Shown here one piece after another: positions 40,499 to 58,087 of a DNA stretch of 64,000 bases. Under the pieces are notes generated by a model. It made no database searches and was not told the origin of the DNA. It saw only the letters and a program-made list of their open reading frames with translations. Numbering within the stretch: the stretch's first letter is position 1; each line of letters opens with the position of its first letter. The translations under genes were made by a program, and so were the position numbers. Source of the stretch: the human T2T-CHM13v2.0 reference genome, Homo sapiens; assembly GCF_009914755.1 (NCBI RefSeq), contig NC_060932.1; one strand, 5' to 3'.

Positions 40499-41179
40499 GT
40501 GATAACGTTTGTTTCTTTTGCTCATTCTTTACACAAACCTCAAAATACCAACAGTAAGGTTTAGAAAATTAGGTTACGCACACAGGAATTTTAGTTGGGT
40601 GGAATTAAAGTGCTTCACTGACCTCCTTTGTTAATCTGCCAGATTTACTTAAAATAGAGTAAATTTCTGTTTATCCAAAAATATTTTAGAAATGGCATAT
40701 TCAGGTTAGTTAAAGGCTTCTGTTTATTTACAAAATAGCATATTGCCAGTTTTTAGTAAAGGGGGATTGGAAGGAAAGTGATTAATAGATTTTTGTAGGA
40801 ATTTTTTAAAATGGCAAATATTCTTTTGAAAAGTTGTAAAACTATAATACATTTAATTAATTTATAAACATTAGGAAAATTTATATAAAAAATTGTATGC
40901 AGTTGTAGAAGTAAAATTTTTCAGATACTGTAGATTAAAATTTTGAAATGTATTTTTGAATTGACAGTGATTGGAGTTTTTAGTATTACCAATTATGTCT
41001 TGATTAAAATCTAAGCTGGATTCAGATTTTTTGCATGTGTTAATTCACACAATAATCCAAGTGTCTTTGGTTATCTTCGAAATAAAAATTTGTAAAACTG
41101 TTGCTATTGAACTAATTATCCTTAGTTTTATATATTGTGTACTTTCATGCTTTTTTTAAAAAAAATATTTCCCCTGCAG

Positions 41180-41350
41180 ATTGTAAGCAGGCTTGTTCAA
41201 ATTCGCGATTATATTACTAAAGCTAGTTCCATGCGGGAAGATCTTGTAGAGAAAAATGAGAGATCTGCTAATGTTGAGCGCCTTACTCATCTAATAGATC
41301 ACCTTAAAGAACAAGAGAAGTCATATATGAAATTTCTTAAAAAAATCCTT
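41180..41350 (+). CDS. PCM1: PCM1 coding exon (171 nt)
   Basis: IVSRLVQIRDYITK...MKFLKKIL; CAG/GTAAGT. Confidence 0.96.
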
Positions 41351-41530
41351 GTAAGTATTCGACTTTTAAAATAACATATTATTTTTGTAGTATCTCAGTG
41401 TGTATTTACTGATGACATTCTGATGCCACCCCAGAGGAGTTAACATATTTTCAAAAAATCATGCCATCCATTATAACAATTTATTGCCCATTTTAATAGT
41501 TGTATGATTTATACCGCTAAAATATTTCAG

Positions 41531-41647
41531 GCTAGAGAAAATGAGGAGGAGGATGTTCGGACTATAGATTCAGCTGTGGGATCTGGTTCTGTAGCTGAGA
41601 GCACATCGCTAAACATAGATGTGCAGTCTGAGGCTTCAGATACCACG
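41531..41647 (+). CDS. PCM1: PCM1 in-frame cassette exon (117 nt)
   Basis: ARENEEEDVRTIDSAVGSGSVAESTSLNIDVQSEASDTT; TTTCAG/GTAAGC; phase 0-0, so it can be skipped. Confidence 0.88.
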
Positions 41648-43135
41648 GTAAGCGGCTTTTTGGTAATTAAAGTGCTGGAAATGAAGGTTTAAATTTTTCT
41701 CCCAGTTTTCAAGATGTTATTTTTATAGGCGTTCCTTAATGAAAAGTGTATTCCAGGGAAGAACCCCTCAAATTGTTAATGCTGTATGTGTTCTTCTGTA
41801 TTTAAACACGGAAGTTAAGTTTTATTTATTAACACTAAAAATAGTTTTAATGGTTAATTTGAAAATGTAATTTTTGATCTTCAGTTTATAGAAACATTGT
41901 TTTTGTAGTTTGTTTTGTTAAGCAAAGCTTCACTAATTTTAAGAAGCATCGAGGAAGTTAAAATGGATGGTGGAATTAAGGGCAATAGGCAACATTAGTG
42001 ATTACTTAGCATGTAGTCTTTTGGAAATAACCAAGTTCATTTGTCACTGAGGACACGTTAAGGATATTAGAATTTTTCATTTTTTGGGCTCTATCCTAGT
42101 ACTGGAGCAAAACCAGATGACTGAAAAATCGAGAGAAAGACTAGTAAATGGGACAGGATAGCATTTACATTGTGACTTATTCACAATGAGAAAAATGCTG
42201 TAATTGCTGACTTGGCAAAATGGAATTTGTTGAAGTACTGTTTTTCTGAAGAATAGTAATTTACAGAACTTTGAGGAAAGATTTCTAAAACTTAGTGTGG
42301 TTCAATGCTAGGGTGTTTTTAGGCATTTTAAACAGGCGTGCCTATAACCATGCATTATTAAGCTTTTAACACCTATTACAGGCTAGTAAAGCTTTTGTTT
42401 TGAGAGGATAAGCATATATCTCTTCGGGTTTTGAGGTGTTCAAAATGCCATTCAGCATTAGGAATTTGAAGGTTTGTTTCCTATTAGTATTGACCTGCAT
42501 AATTCTTACCTGCCTCCTTTCTCTTCCCGGACCTTCCTAATTTGAAGAGGTGATTTGGATTTCTTTTCTCTACATTATTTTCAACAGGAGATACTTAGAG
42601 AGCCTGATCCAAACAGTTGTTGAAGAATGGATTTTACTGTGGGGAAATTCTTTTTCTATTTACAGTGGTGCGAGGCATAATTTCTTCCTTAGGTTCCAGC
42701 AGAAATGGAAGGGTTAGGACGATGTGGGTAAAGGAATTCTGTTGGGGAGGAGTGGGAACTTGTATAGATTTATTGTAATTTATATAAAGTATTCATTGTG
42801 ATGGCAATTTCTTTCATAATATAAAATGACGGTATGAAAGTTGACTAATAACATGTAGCAGAGTAAATGTTAAAAATGTGCTTTAACAACTGTGTGGTAT
42901 GGTAATTCCGCAGGATGTGGTACTTGCTTAGTTACAGTAAGCAACAGTCTAGTCTACAGAAAACTTAAAAGACTAAATATACTGCTGCTTGGAGGGGGAT
43001 GTGGATTGATTTTTGTTTTTTTTTTTTTTTAAAAAAAAGGTGGACTGGTACTTTTTAAATTGTTTTACAAGGCTGGCTTATATGTTAAACAGGAGTTTGT
43101 GTTAAGAATTTAATATGCTACACTATTTAATAAAG

Positions 43136-43324
43136 GAGGAGGCATCTTTTAGTCTGAGAATTCGGCCGTGCATTGAGGACAAACTAGGGAATTCAGCTTC
43201 ACAAGAACAGGTTTCAGACATTGACGTTACTACAAGTCCAAAAGGGAAAGGTGACAGACCTCAGAATGACAGGGAACTGAGGCCTAATAGGAAATATAGC
43301 CAAAAACGTGGATTTCCCTCAAAG
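43136..43324 (+). CDS. PCM1: Probable PCM1 in-frame cassette exon (189 nt)
   Basis: EEASFSLRIRPCIEDKLG...KRGFPSK open in phase 0-0; AAG|GTATAC donor; weak acceptor TAATAAAG. Confidence 0.65.
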
Positions 43325-43686
43325 GTATACTTTACAATATTAACTTGGGAAGTCTCTAAATGAGCACTTCTTCTGTTCATATTTCCTCTTCTTTATTTGC
43401 TTTTCTGTTGTTGCTATTACTCTTACATATTAATTGTTAATATAGTTGTCATACTGTAATTTGCTTTAGTAAAATTCTGTCCCTTACTGTTTTTTTTCTA
43501 CTTTGTTATATACCTCTCCATGGATTATAGCTTACAGCTGTTTTTAATTTATATTAACAAAGGTTTTGAAATGTAATTTATTCCCTTTTTTATAAATTGC
43601 GAGTATAATTTATAACACGTTCTTAAACCTTGACCATCAGTCAGTTGCCCTTTGTTTCTGATATTTGTGTTTATTAATTTAGATGG

Positions 43687-44560
<874 letters not shown>

Positions 44561-47500
44561 CTATTTTAGTAATTGAGTATAGGTAAGACTAATTTCATAT
44601 GTTTTATTACTGGTTTATTACCTAGGACTACACTTTCCCATTTTGTGGCTATTTTATGGGTTTGTTGTATTTTTTTTTTTTTTTTGGTGTGTGTGGCTAT
44701 TTACAAATGGTAAAACTTCACCTCTAGTATTTTGGCAGTTTTTTTATTTTTTCTGGTTCCTACAAGAATTTGAGAGCACAGTTTGAAATTAGTTATGGGA
44801 ATCTTATTATATCAAATATCAAGTAAAATGTGCCCCAGTTCACCAGTAGAGTGAATAAAGTAGCTGATTATTTTAAAAACTAGTGGCATTGGAGAAGAGC
44901 AAATAAACATGAAGCATAATAGGTAACCATTGGAATTTTATTCTCTTTAATCCTTCTGAATAGTGACAAGCGAAATTTAAGAGTTAACAGTTAATGCAGT
45001 ATCTGCCAGTTCTTTTTTTCTTAAGGCATTACATATAATTTAAAAACCACTTTGCTGTTTTTAGGTTTCTTTGAATAATATCCTTATAAGTGATTATTAT
45101 TCTTTTTTGAATTCTCTTCTTGGCATTTATTTCATTTTGACTTTCTTGATTCTTAAGGCTGTCTCGTTGTTCTGTTAGTATTCTATTTGTAAAAACATTT
45201 TAATTTCTTCAGGGGAAAAAATCTTAATTCTCACCACCTGTGTTTATTTTTTTCTCTACTCTGCAGGAACTGTCATTCTTACCACCCCACCCCTGTTTCC
45301 TCCTTAGAATCTTTTCAAAATGTAGTATTCTGTTAGAATAGTGGAAAACACAGTTGAGGGTCTTACATGCGATTCAAGGTTGAAAGCAACCTTGAGACTT
45401 AACGCATGATATGAAATGATTGATATTCTAGAGCTGCCTACCAAGGGCACATTCCACTTTATGAAATATTTTAAGACATGATGACATCTTGTATAAGATG
45501 TCAGAAGAAGGCAAAAGAAAGCCTTCTACGAGTAGCCATGCGTTCATTGTTTTCCTATACTCATGGCCCCCAACTTAATCTCACCTCTTAAAATTTATAA
45601 GCTTTCTTTGTACCTTGTACCTGTGTTTTGCCATTATTTTCATCATTGCTAGTTATTTCGTGTGAGATTGCCCTGTCTTTTAAACCAGCTATGGTTCTTC
45701 AGACATGATGTCTTATACTTCTGTATTTAGAACCCAGCACATAATTTGGAGCAGATAGTATGACGTAAAGAAGACTAGAGCCTAAGAACCTGATTTCCCT
45801 TAACTGTGACACTGGATAAGTCACAACTTTATCTTCTCTAGGCTTATAGTTCCTCAACCTTCACATGAAGAAATTGAAGTACATAATTATCTGAAGCTGT
45901 CAAAATACATTAGGATCCATTAATAATTACTAGGAGAACCTCAGTTGAGTAGAGGAAAGGAAGATTGAGGGTTCTCTGAAATTGGACTACTACATATTTA
46001 CAACTCAGGGTTTGATGCCTAAGTTATTTTTTTAATCTGTAAACTAAAAATATAGTTGGTGAAAGTGACTTTTTCAAAAAAAGTTTAAAGAAAAATATGT
46101 GTTTGAAGAATTAATATACACCTAGCATCCTTTTTGGATTTCTATTCCAGGTGCCATCTTCCTGGTATGTTATTACTCCTACCTAGATATTTTTATTTTC
46201 TCCCTTCTGTATATTTCATCATAGGCTGTACTCCCATCTTTTGGCTCAGTTTTTTTGAGCATCAGTCTGAAATGTTGTTTATATGAATGTGAAAGTTATT
46301 AAGTAGTAATATTTCACTAATTTTGAAAATTGAGAATTCATTTTTAGATTAGTGAGAAATCTGAAGATAATTGTGTTTAATAGCTTAGAATTCTTTATGA
46401 TTAGGTTATCACAGTTTTGTGACTAATAAGGATTAAAGAACTTTTTAGAAAGTACGCTTTTTTCTCATTTGCATATTTTTTTCTCCTAATTATAATTTAT
46501 GCTTTGCTAGAGGAGTATTTGATCAACCTAGAGAGATTTTGTTTTACCCCTTCCATTGATATCTGTACCTATTTGATTTGGTTTTACATTTTACCGTTGA
46601 CTTTGATGAAATCATTATAAAATTATTTTTGCTGCATTCTGAGAGGGCTAGCTATTGATAATTATCCCTACCCTTCAAAGTTGTTTTTTTCCTAATGATG
46701 TAAACTGTCTGGAAATAAGCCAGACTAGGATGAATTTCCACGGAAATGGATGTAAATATTTACAAGGTAACTCCCCTTATATAGGATAGGAGAGAACTGA
46801 GTAAACAGTACTTAATTTGTTAAAAGTTTCAGTTTATTAGAGGTTCAAGACAACAGAAAAACCTCTAATAAATATTGGCTTACCAAGATCCAGGTAGGCT
46901 ATTTGTTTCCCATGCTCATGAAGTCTAGAGATAGTCTAGGATAGAGAGGCACTGACTAGGCACCTCTGATGTTTACATGAAATAATCTAATTATAGCCAA
47001 CTTCCTATTTGATCATAACTTTCTTGAATATTTAACTCTTTGCCATGTACTTATTTGTTTACTTATTAATTTTATGGATTTCCAAGTCACAGTGTAAAAT
47101 ATTACCACAGTTACTCATGCTCATTCACAATACTGATGAGTTCTACTTGGGGAGGTAAAGAAATTTTTATATAGTATTGTAAAGGATGTCACCCAGAAGG
47201 GAGTTTCTCTTGAGCCCATCTGCATGCTCCATAATTTCTCTGGGAATCAAATGTACATAGCAAGTGTAGATCAGTGCATTTTTACTTTCAAAAGAAATCT
47301 TTGAACTTCTTTGCTCTCTTTAGTCATTTATTTGAAATTTACATAACCCGACAAAAATTTGTTAGCAGTACAAATTTAAAATTGACTAAGTGAAACAAAA
47401 GTGAAATATTTTATGTAAATATTAGGTAAAATCGTTCAACTTTTAAAATAAAAGACTTTTTAAAAGGTAAATCGGTGATGAAAAATACAATTACGGTATA

Positions 47501-47940
47501 CGTTTCGATGTATAATTTAGCTTGTAATATATTGTTTCCAGGTTGTATTTAAATTTGTCTCTGCTTTGCTTTTCCATTTTCTTGTTGGATTACATTTTGA
47601 ATAGTTTTAAGATTAACACTTAAAATTTCATCATTTTTTGTAAGTGCCACTTATTTAATCCATCCCTCTACTTTTAGACTAGATGATAACCTCCTAGCAT
47701 TTTCGGGGAATTTGGAAGTAGTTACTTCCATTTTATGTCATCAGACTCAGATGAATGAGCATAATTTAAGAGGAAAATAATGATGCCTTTGATGACGAAT
47801 ATAAAATTCGTTATTTTCTTAGATGTCTGATAATATGATGTGATTAAATGAAAATCTTTTTACATAAGATTATCAAATAAAAAATGTATTTTTAAAATTT
47901 CAGTCCTTTGTTAGAAATAGTAGGTGTGCCTACTTTCTAG

Positions 47941-48260
<320 letters not shown>

Positions 48261-48319
48261 GACTTTCAGGTCATTAACCCAGTATAATGTGCTCCTTTTC
48301 TGTAGGGGCCTAGATTCTT

Positions 48320-48321
<2 letters not shown>

Positions 48322-48356
<35 letters not shown>
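48322..48356. repeat. (GT)n microsatellite
   Basis: About 17 perfect GT units. Confidence 0.95.
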
Positions 48357-48359
<3 letters not shown>

Positions 48360-48670
48360 ATGTGTCCGTGTCCCTCTTGGCCTTTTATGTTTTGTATATC
48401 TTTTTCTTTTCCTTTTGTTCATTCCTCTTCCTGCTGAGCCATTGATTATGTAGCTTTTTACTGTGAAATTACCTCTTAAGTGGCAGGCTATATATATATC
48501 TCTGTGTCATCATTCTGTTCTTACTCTTTTTTCTTGATGTCTACTAAAACTATATTTAGGGTTGTATATTTAATAATTTGTTATCAATGTGTATACTTTG
48601 CCATTGATAATTGAAACCGCAACATGGATTTTAATAGTCAGATACAAGTATTGTTGGTCTTATTTTCCAG

Positions 48671-48848
48671 GCCAGAGATCCTCAGCAGGAGCCTATGGAA
48701 GAGATAGAAAATTTGAAGAAACAACATGATTTATTAAAAAGAATGTTACAACAGCAGGAGCAACTAAGAGCTCTACAGGGACGGCAGGCTGCACTTCTAG
48801 CTCTGCAACATAAAGCAGAGCAAGCTATTGCAGTGATGGATGATTCTG
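48671..48848 (+). CDS. PCM1: PCM1 coding exon (178 nt)
   Basis: ARDPQQEPMEEIENLKKQHDLLKRMLQQQEQ... (coiled-coil-like); AG/GT. Confidence 0.96.
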
Positions 48849-49764
48849 GTATGTCACAGTCTGAGAATATTCTTTTTGTAAGGAAGACTCATACATAATT
48901 GTATTGCAGGGTGGATGCTGATTATTACATAATCAGATCTTGATTGTTGTCTAGTTTAGAAACCTTCATATGAGGCTTATACTTTCCTGTGCTTTTCTCT
49001 GGTTATGCAGAAAAGGTTGCAGGGACAACTGGCCATCATACTATACCATGCAGATAGCCAGATCTCTCTCCTTTTCATCAGAGAGTACCCTTAAGAGGTA
49101 AAAGAGACAGGCTGTAGTTCTGTTTTTGTACCTCAGACTGATAAGGCTCATGATGCGTTTATTTCCTTTTTTTCTATTTTATTCAGCTAGGATTGTCATT
49201 CTTTGCTTGCCTCCCAAGAAAGGGTTAAAACCTTAAGTGAGGCAGTGAGTAAATTTATAAAGTGTCTTTAACCTTCAAGGTTAGTAGTAGCTAGTAGCTG
49301 TTATTTTAATTAGGTATCCTTTTGTATATGCTAGCTCCTTGGAACTATATTTATAGTGTATACATTCTTCGTAAGACTCAGAAATTTTCTTCCTCCTTTC
49401 CTCATAGCCATGTGTGAATTAGATGAAAGTTGTGTTGAATTTCTTAGTATTGAGTCTAATTTTGTACGTTTATCATCACCTTCAAACTTATTTTAGTTTC
49501 TCGTTAAATTGCAAAAAAAGATGATTAGTTATTAAAAGTCAACAAAACTAAGTTATGTTTTCTAATAGTCTATCCCCCACTGTCTGCTTTTAGTAATAAT
49601 TTCTCTTCTTTGAGCGCTTTGTTTTTGCGAGTGAGTTAGGTTCTCACTGAGGCTACCCTGTTGTGAATCAGTTTATTCTGCTGTCCAAACCTAGCCCACT
49701 GGCTCACCTGTCTAATCCCTGTTATACCTAATTTAAGTTTGCATTTTCACAAGGAACGTTATGA

Positions 49765-51280
<1,516 letters not shown>

Positions 51281-51490
51281 ACCAATGTCTGTTTTAGAGT
51301 TGGAGAGTTAGAAGTCAGGTTAAGGATGGAGTTATTTGTTAGTAGAACAGTGACTATCATGAAAATTGTTGTCACAAAACTGCTTTATGAATATGGGGGC
51401 ATTTTTTTTAAATTAAGAAGATAAAAACCACAGTCTTTTAGTATGACTTGTATCACAAACAGCCACTTCAATAAATTATCCATTTTACTG

Positions 51491-51698
51491 CAGGGGTCAG
51501 CAAACTATGGTCAGCTGAGTTTGGCTCATTGCCTGAAATAAAGTTTTAGGGAACACAGCCATGCCCTTTTGTTTACATTGTCTGTGGTTGCTTTTACCTT
51601 GTAAAAGCAGAGTTGGGTGGTCGAGACAAAAACTGTATTTCCCACAAAGTTTAACATATTTACTATTTCAACCTTTAAGCAAAGTTTGCCAGCCCCTC
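51491..51698. mobile_element. MER58A-like DNA transposon
   Basis: CAGGGGTCAGCAAACT ... AGTTTGCCAGCCCCT terminal inverted repeats. Confidence 0.82.
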
Positions 51699-52098
51699 TA
51701 CCGGAGAATTGATTCTATTCAAGAACATGGAGATTGAAACCTGTCAGAATCAGCTGTGCTTTTTTACACTATCACTTTCCCTTTCACTCCTCACTGATCT
51801 TAGACCTGCTCCACTGAGTCACTACTATTAATTGGAATGTAATAGTAACCCTCCTTGTATGTTGGGACAGGAAAAGATGAACCACTTTACCAGAGTTTTG
51901 TGAGCATCCCTTTATTTTTAAGTTAGGTGGTAACTTCTAATAAAATGATTGTTGGCAGATAGATCGGATTGTTAACTAGTTTCAAGTTACGTATGTGAGC
52001 TTTTTAAATTCTTTTTTTAAATTTATTTTTAGCTTCTCAGAGATTAAAAAAGGTGTTTGATTATTTACATTAATCAGTAGTTACTAATTTCTTTCCAG

Positions 52099-52208
52099 TT
52101 GTTGCAGAAACTGCAGGTAGCTTATCTGGCGTCAGTATCACATCTGAACTAAATGAAGAATTGAATGACTTAATTCAGCGTTTTCATAATCAGCTTCGTG
52201 ATTCTCAG
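52099..52208 (+). CDS. PCM1: PCM1 coding exon (110 nt)
   Basis: (V)VAETAGSLSGVSITSELNEELNDLIQRFHNQLRDSQ; phase matches neighbouring exons. Confidence 0.95.
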
Positions 52209-53327
52209 GTAACCTAGATGTTTTAGTATAGTTGAGTTTAAAAAATCACATTAATTAGAACAGTGATTCAGAAACTTCAGTGAGCATACATATCACCTGG
52301 CATGATTGTTGAGCAGTGTAGGTTTCTGATTGGTGGGGTCCCCCCCACCTTCAAAATTACGATTCATGGATTTGGGGTGGGCTTCTCCACGTCTCAGTCC
52401 AATGCTGGTGGCCTGGGGACTATACTTTAAGAATCACTAAATTAGAGGAGAGTTTACTTTGAAGGAAGTGATTAATGAAGTTTTTCTTTGTATGCTACTG
52501 GATGACGTATTCTTTTTTCCTCTAAAAGACTTAATGGTCACAACGATTAAGACTTTGCTTTAAATCTGTGTCCTTCGACTAGATACATGGGATTCTATAC
52601 AGCCTTGGAATTCTCATTTGAAGGAATATTTTACTAACAATTTTAAGAAAGTTCTTAATTTGAGAGTTAGCAAGTGTTATAATTTGATGCACTTTGTAAG
52701 TGATATAAATGCAGATTTTCAATATGGGGGCCTTGGGTAAGAAAGGATGAATTAATGCCTCTCCATTGGAAGTGAGTATGATTGAAGATGCAGTGTCTCT
52801 TGTCTTCTTGCTGACCAAGTGAAAATGAGAGAATATGGCCCAACCACTTTGGAGAGTTATATAGCAGTACCTAGTAAATTTCTTCTGGTAGACCTGGGGC
52901 CTACTTTAGAGAAACTCTCACATGTTCAGAAGGAGGTAGATGGAAGAATATTCATGGCAACTCTGTGTTAATAGCAAATAACCAGAAACAGCCCAAATGT
53001 CCATCAACAGAAATGGGCTAATGAATTCTTACATAGAGTGAAATTCTTTATAGCAGTTACAGTAAATAAGCCATTGCTAATGAATACAAAATTCAAGTTT
53101 AAGAAGGATCCCACTTACCTTATTTTAAAAAAAGTCTACATTTTTAATGTATGTATACATAGGCATTAGAAAATAAAAACATGTAGAGAATGGTAGATGC
53201 CTGATTCCAGGTTGGGGTTACCTTTGGAGTGGGTAATGACATTGGAAAGGGTACAAACAGAGCTTTAGTTAAATCTGTAATGTTATATTTTTCTTAAAAT
53301 AATTGATGCAAATATGGGAAAATCTTA

Positions 53328-53745
<418 letters not shown>

Positions 53746-53954
53746 AGGAACATGAGAGAGAAGTGGTGGGAAAAATTGATAGGTTAAGAAGTTAAAGTTT
53801 ACAGTGGTAGTTCTAGAAAGAAGGCAAGAGAGAGAATGAGATTTTTGAAGGTTTATTTTATGTAACGTGGCATTGTTATTACTTTTGATTCAATTACTGA
53901 TGTCTAGTGAATCCAAGACCTCTGTGTGGTCATGTGTCTCTAAAACTATGTAGA

Positions 53955-54262
53955 GTCAGCTCTCAGTATCTGTGGGTTCCACATCCATGGATTCAACCAA
54001 CCATGGATCAGGAATATTTTGGGGGGAGAAATAACACAACAATTTTTAAAATGCAAATTTAAAAATATAACAGCTATTTACATAGTGTTTATATTGTATT
54101 AGGTATTATAAGTAGTCTAGAGCTGATCTGAAGTATATAGGAGGATGTGTGTAGATTATGTGCAGATACTACACCATTTTATATAAGGGATTTGGGTATC
54201 TGTTGTTTTTGGTGTCCCCAGGGGTCCTTGAACCAATCCCTCATGGATACTGAGGGATGACT
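53955..54262. mobile_element. MER2/Tigger3-type DNA transposon
   Basis: GTCAGCTCTCAGTATCTGTGGGTTCC ... GGATACTGAGGGATGAC termini. Confidence 0.78.
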
Positions 54263-54453
54263 TCATATGTTAATAGTGGCATATCAGGAAACCGTATTTA
54301 ATTTGGGAATAGTAAGGGTATATACTTACCTACCAGCACAGCCTAGCAAATATTTCTTTCTCTTTATAAAGAATATTTATGCATTTAAAAAATGAGAATG
54401 CATTTAATTGCGTTAGTCTTAATTCTTCTTTTTTGTTGTTTTTTTTTAATAAG

Positions 54454-54670
54454 CCTCCAGCTGTTCCAGACAATAGAAGACAGGCAGAAAGTCTTTCATT
54501 AACTAGGGAGGTTTCCCAGAGCAGGAAACCATCAGCTTCAGAACGTTTACCTGATGAGAAAGTCGAACTTTTTAGCAAAATGAGAGTGCTACAGGAAAAG
54601 AAACAAAAAATGGACAAATTGCTTGGAGAACTTCATACACTTCGAGATCAGCATCTTAACAATTCATCAT
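54454..54670 (+). CDS. PCM1: PCM1 coding exon (217 nt)
   Basis: PPAVPDNRRQAESLSL...DQHLNNSS; long pyrimidine tract, GTGAGT donor. Confidence 0.95.
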
Positions 54671-55629
54671 GTGAGTAAATCTGGTTCAGCAGTATTGGGT
54701 ATAAGACACACAAGTATATATACTGTCACATAATAAATTTAGTATTTGGTGAATGAACACATAGCTCCTCAAAAATATTTGTAGGGACTTAAGACTTGCA
54801 TATGAAAAGTTTCTAAGTTGCAAGCCAATATATATGAAAGCCAAATAGGTGATAAATCAGTTTTATAATTCAGAAAAGGGAAAGAATAAAGTTGGACCTT
54901 GAAAAATTAGTAGGATTTTAATAAGGGAAAGGTAGAAGAGAAGGCAACTGTTTGATACGTGGACATATTAATACTTTGTTTCTTAACATTCAAAATTTTC
55001 CCTTAAAGAAAAGTTAATCCAGTTAGTACTTTGATTTAAAAACCCAAAACTGTGAAACATAGTGTGTATTAAAAAAAACAAAAAACAAAACTATGAAAAA
55101 CTTTTATATATGGTTTAGTCTAGAGAGCCCAGAACTTCCAACTGCTGGATTTATATTCATTTTTAAAAAATATATAAATAATCATCTCAAGCAGGTATAA
55201 CTGCGGGAGTTATCTTTTTTGCTCCACACGTGTTTAACCTTCTTTGTCTAAATCAGATCTAGTCTTCAGTTCCTATCCTAATACCTTTTCAAACATGGCC
55301 CCTGTCTCATATCCAAATAGTAATAGAGGCTCAAGCATTAGAAATTGAAGTCAGTAGGGACAACTTCCAACTAGTCTTTAAACATTCTAGCTGCTGTCTA
55401 ATTAAAGAAAAGATGAGGGATTTAAAAATAACAAAACCATTGTCTCTGGAGCCTCTGGTCCTTATTCTCCACCTATCTCCTTTTCCTTTTCCACCCACAA
55501 AAGAACCTTAATATTCCTGTCCTAAAACATACTCCTTTCTTTTCTCTGACTTCTGCTAGTCTCTTTCTCCTCTAGAGTATAATCCCAGTTTTTATCCTTT
55601 ACAAACACATGAATACAACTAAGATGTGT

Positions 55630-55977
<348 letters not shown>

Positions 55978-56953
55978 TCAGTTTTGTATGCATAAAGTAG
56001 CACTCCGTATACTGATGACTCTTAAAGCCTATTTTTTTCCTCACTGGGAAGCAGTGTGAGAGCAGCAGCAAAAGGTAGACTCGTCAAGGAATAGAATGAG
56101 GAGACTGCTGGAAACCACCTACAGGAATTGTGGTACTAAAGTGAGCAACAAATAATGATGGTTCCTTTGAGAAAGATACTGGTAAATGACAGCACCTTTG
56201 AAATGGTAGGAGGTAGAGAAGTGCAAAGATTCTTAATCTTTAATTCCTCTTGAAAGCATGATTTATATTTGATAGTAACAGAAGTTAAATAGAAAGTAAT
56301 TAAATTTAGTTCAAGGACCATAGAGGATTAGCCATTATCTAAATAGCAGGTTTTTATTGCTGTTTAATATTTCATGGTTTGAGGTACCACAGTCACTTTT
56401 AACACTTTTCTTTCTCTCCTGGAGCAAGAAAAGTTCCTTCTTGGTGTCCAGATGTGACATCCCCCTGATCTGTGGGTATGAAAAACTGATGAAGACCTAA
56501 TCAGCTACAGCTACCCTGTAAAGATTACAGATTGAGTACTGCACATGATTCATAGTGGCCCTGTTTAACTTAACCTAGAACCAAGTTTATCAAGTTAGTT
56601 ACCAAGTTTACTCGTTAGTTAAAACTAACTAGAGTACTTCTCTAGTTAGTTTTCCAAGGTAGAATATCATTATTCTTGTCAATTTCCATCTTTTTTCTTT
56701 CCTTTCTGTTTTAACCCAGTGGTTATATTGTAAAGGTGATAGAACCTGTGGAAGAAAGAGGTAAACAAGTCTTTGTACATTTTGATGTGTTTAATTGTGG
56801 AGTAAGTTAATAAACAATTTTCTGAAATTTAAATCTGCAGAAATTAAGTTGTTAATTTTTACTTTTTAGTTTTCAATATCCAAGCCAACTGTATGTGTTT
56901 GTTTATGGTAACTGGTGATTAAAAAAAATTTTTTGTTGTTGTGCCTTCTTCAG

Positions 56954-57137
56954 CCTCTCCACAAAGGAGTGTCGATCAGAGAAGTACTTCAGCTCCCTCT
57001 GCTTCTGTAGGCTTGGCACCGGTTGTCAATGGAGAATCCAATAGCCTCACATCATCTGTTCCTTATCCTACTGCTTCTCTAGTATCTCAGAATGAGAGTG
57101 AAAACGAAGGCCACCTCAATCCATCTGAAAAACTCCA
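56954..57137 (+). CDS. PCM1: PCM1 coding exon (184 nt)
   Basis: SPQRSVDQRSTSAPS...LNPSEKL; CA|GTAAAA donor keeps the frame. Confidence 0.93.
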
Positions 57138-57419
57138 GTAAAACATTTATAATCATTGTTTACATGAAGTTAAATAATAGGGATAAATTCTGTTTTTTTT
57201 TTTATGTTGAAAATTCTGCAAAACGAGATTTATTTAATATTGTTGTAAACATTCTTAAGGGATAGGTAGAAGAGGCGTGTGTGTGTTGTGTGGGCATAAT
57301 TTGAGTTGTCTAAGAGATGTGATGTAACATAGTTTCTGTGAACTGATGTTACTTTCTTGTTTTTCAAATAAAGGATCAAAAATAAGATTACAGTTAAAAT
57401 ATTTCTATATTCAGATGGT

Positions 57420-57620
57420 TTAGAGACCAGGCTGTAGAATCAGACAGCCCTGAAATTGTATCACACAAGGCTGTGTTACCCTGTACAAATAACTTAGCCT
57501 TACTAAGCCTGTATTTCCTCATCTGCAAAATAGGGATGATAATATACCTGTTGATAAATATGTTTTCATTAAAAAACGTTGGCGCAGTTCCTGGCACTTA
57601 CAGTAAGAACTCAGCTAACT
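57420..57620 (+). mobile_element. MIR fragment (similar relics near 5830-6020, 22870-23170 and 34550-34710)
   Basis: MIR core TTTCCTCATCTGCAAAATAGGGATGATAAT. Confidence 0.7.
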
Positions 57621-58087
57621 TAATTTTTATTTTTGGTAAACGTAGTATGTAGTGTATAGATCTCATATGTGCAGACAAATCAAGAACCTTCCATACATGC
57701 TCAGTAATGTCTGTATACCTGATTTTCCTGAGAGGTAGTATTTAGTAGTACTTCACACTTTTGATACTTGAGAAACTAGAAATCTTTTTGACATCAGGTT
57801 TTCTGCTATTAACATTTACACCTGCTTAAAATGAACAATTAAATTGAAATTGGTTTTCTTACACTTTTGTCCCTAAAACAGCATAAGAAAATAATGTGAG
57901 ATTTTGAGTAAGCTGTACTTGGCATTAACCTCATTATTTTACAGTCATACCCCCTGGAGAGTTCACTAGGTGGATATTCCATTAGGTCTAAATTTTGTTT
58001 CTGTTAGCTGCTATGATATGAAAATAATGTCTGTATTATTTTGCTAAAATGGGTGTAAATCGTATACATAAATTTTTTGTTTATCAG

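Noticed and set aside
45482-45503. 9-bp stem palindrome TGACATCTT-GTAT-AAGATGTCA
   Set aside because: Short enough to occur by chance in 64 kb of AT-rich DNA
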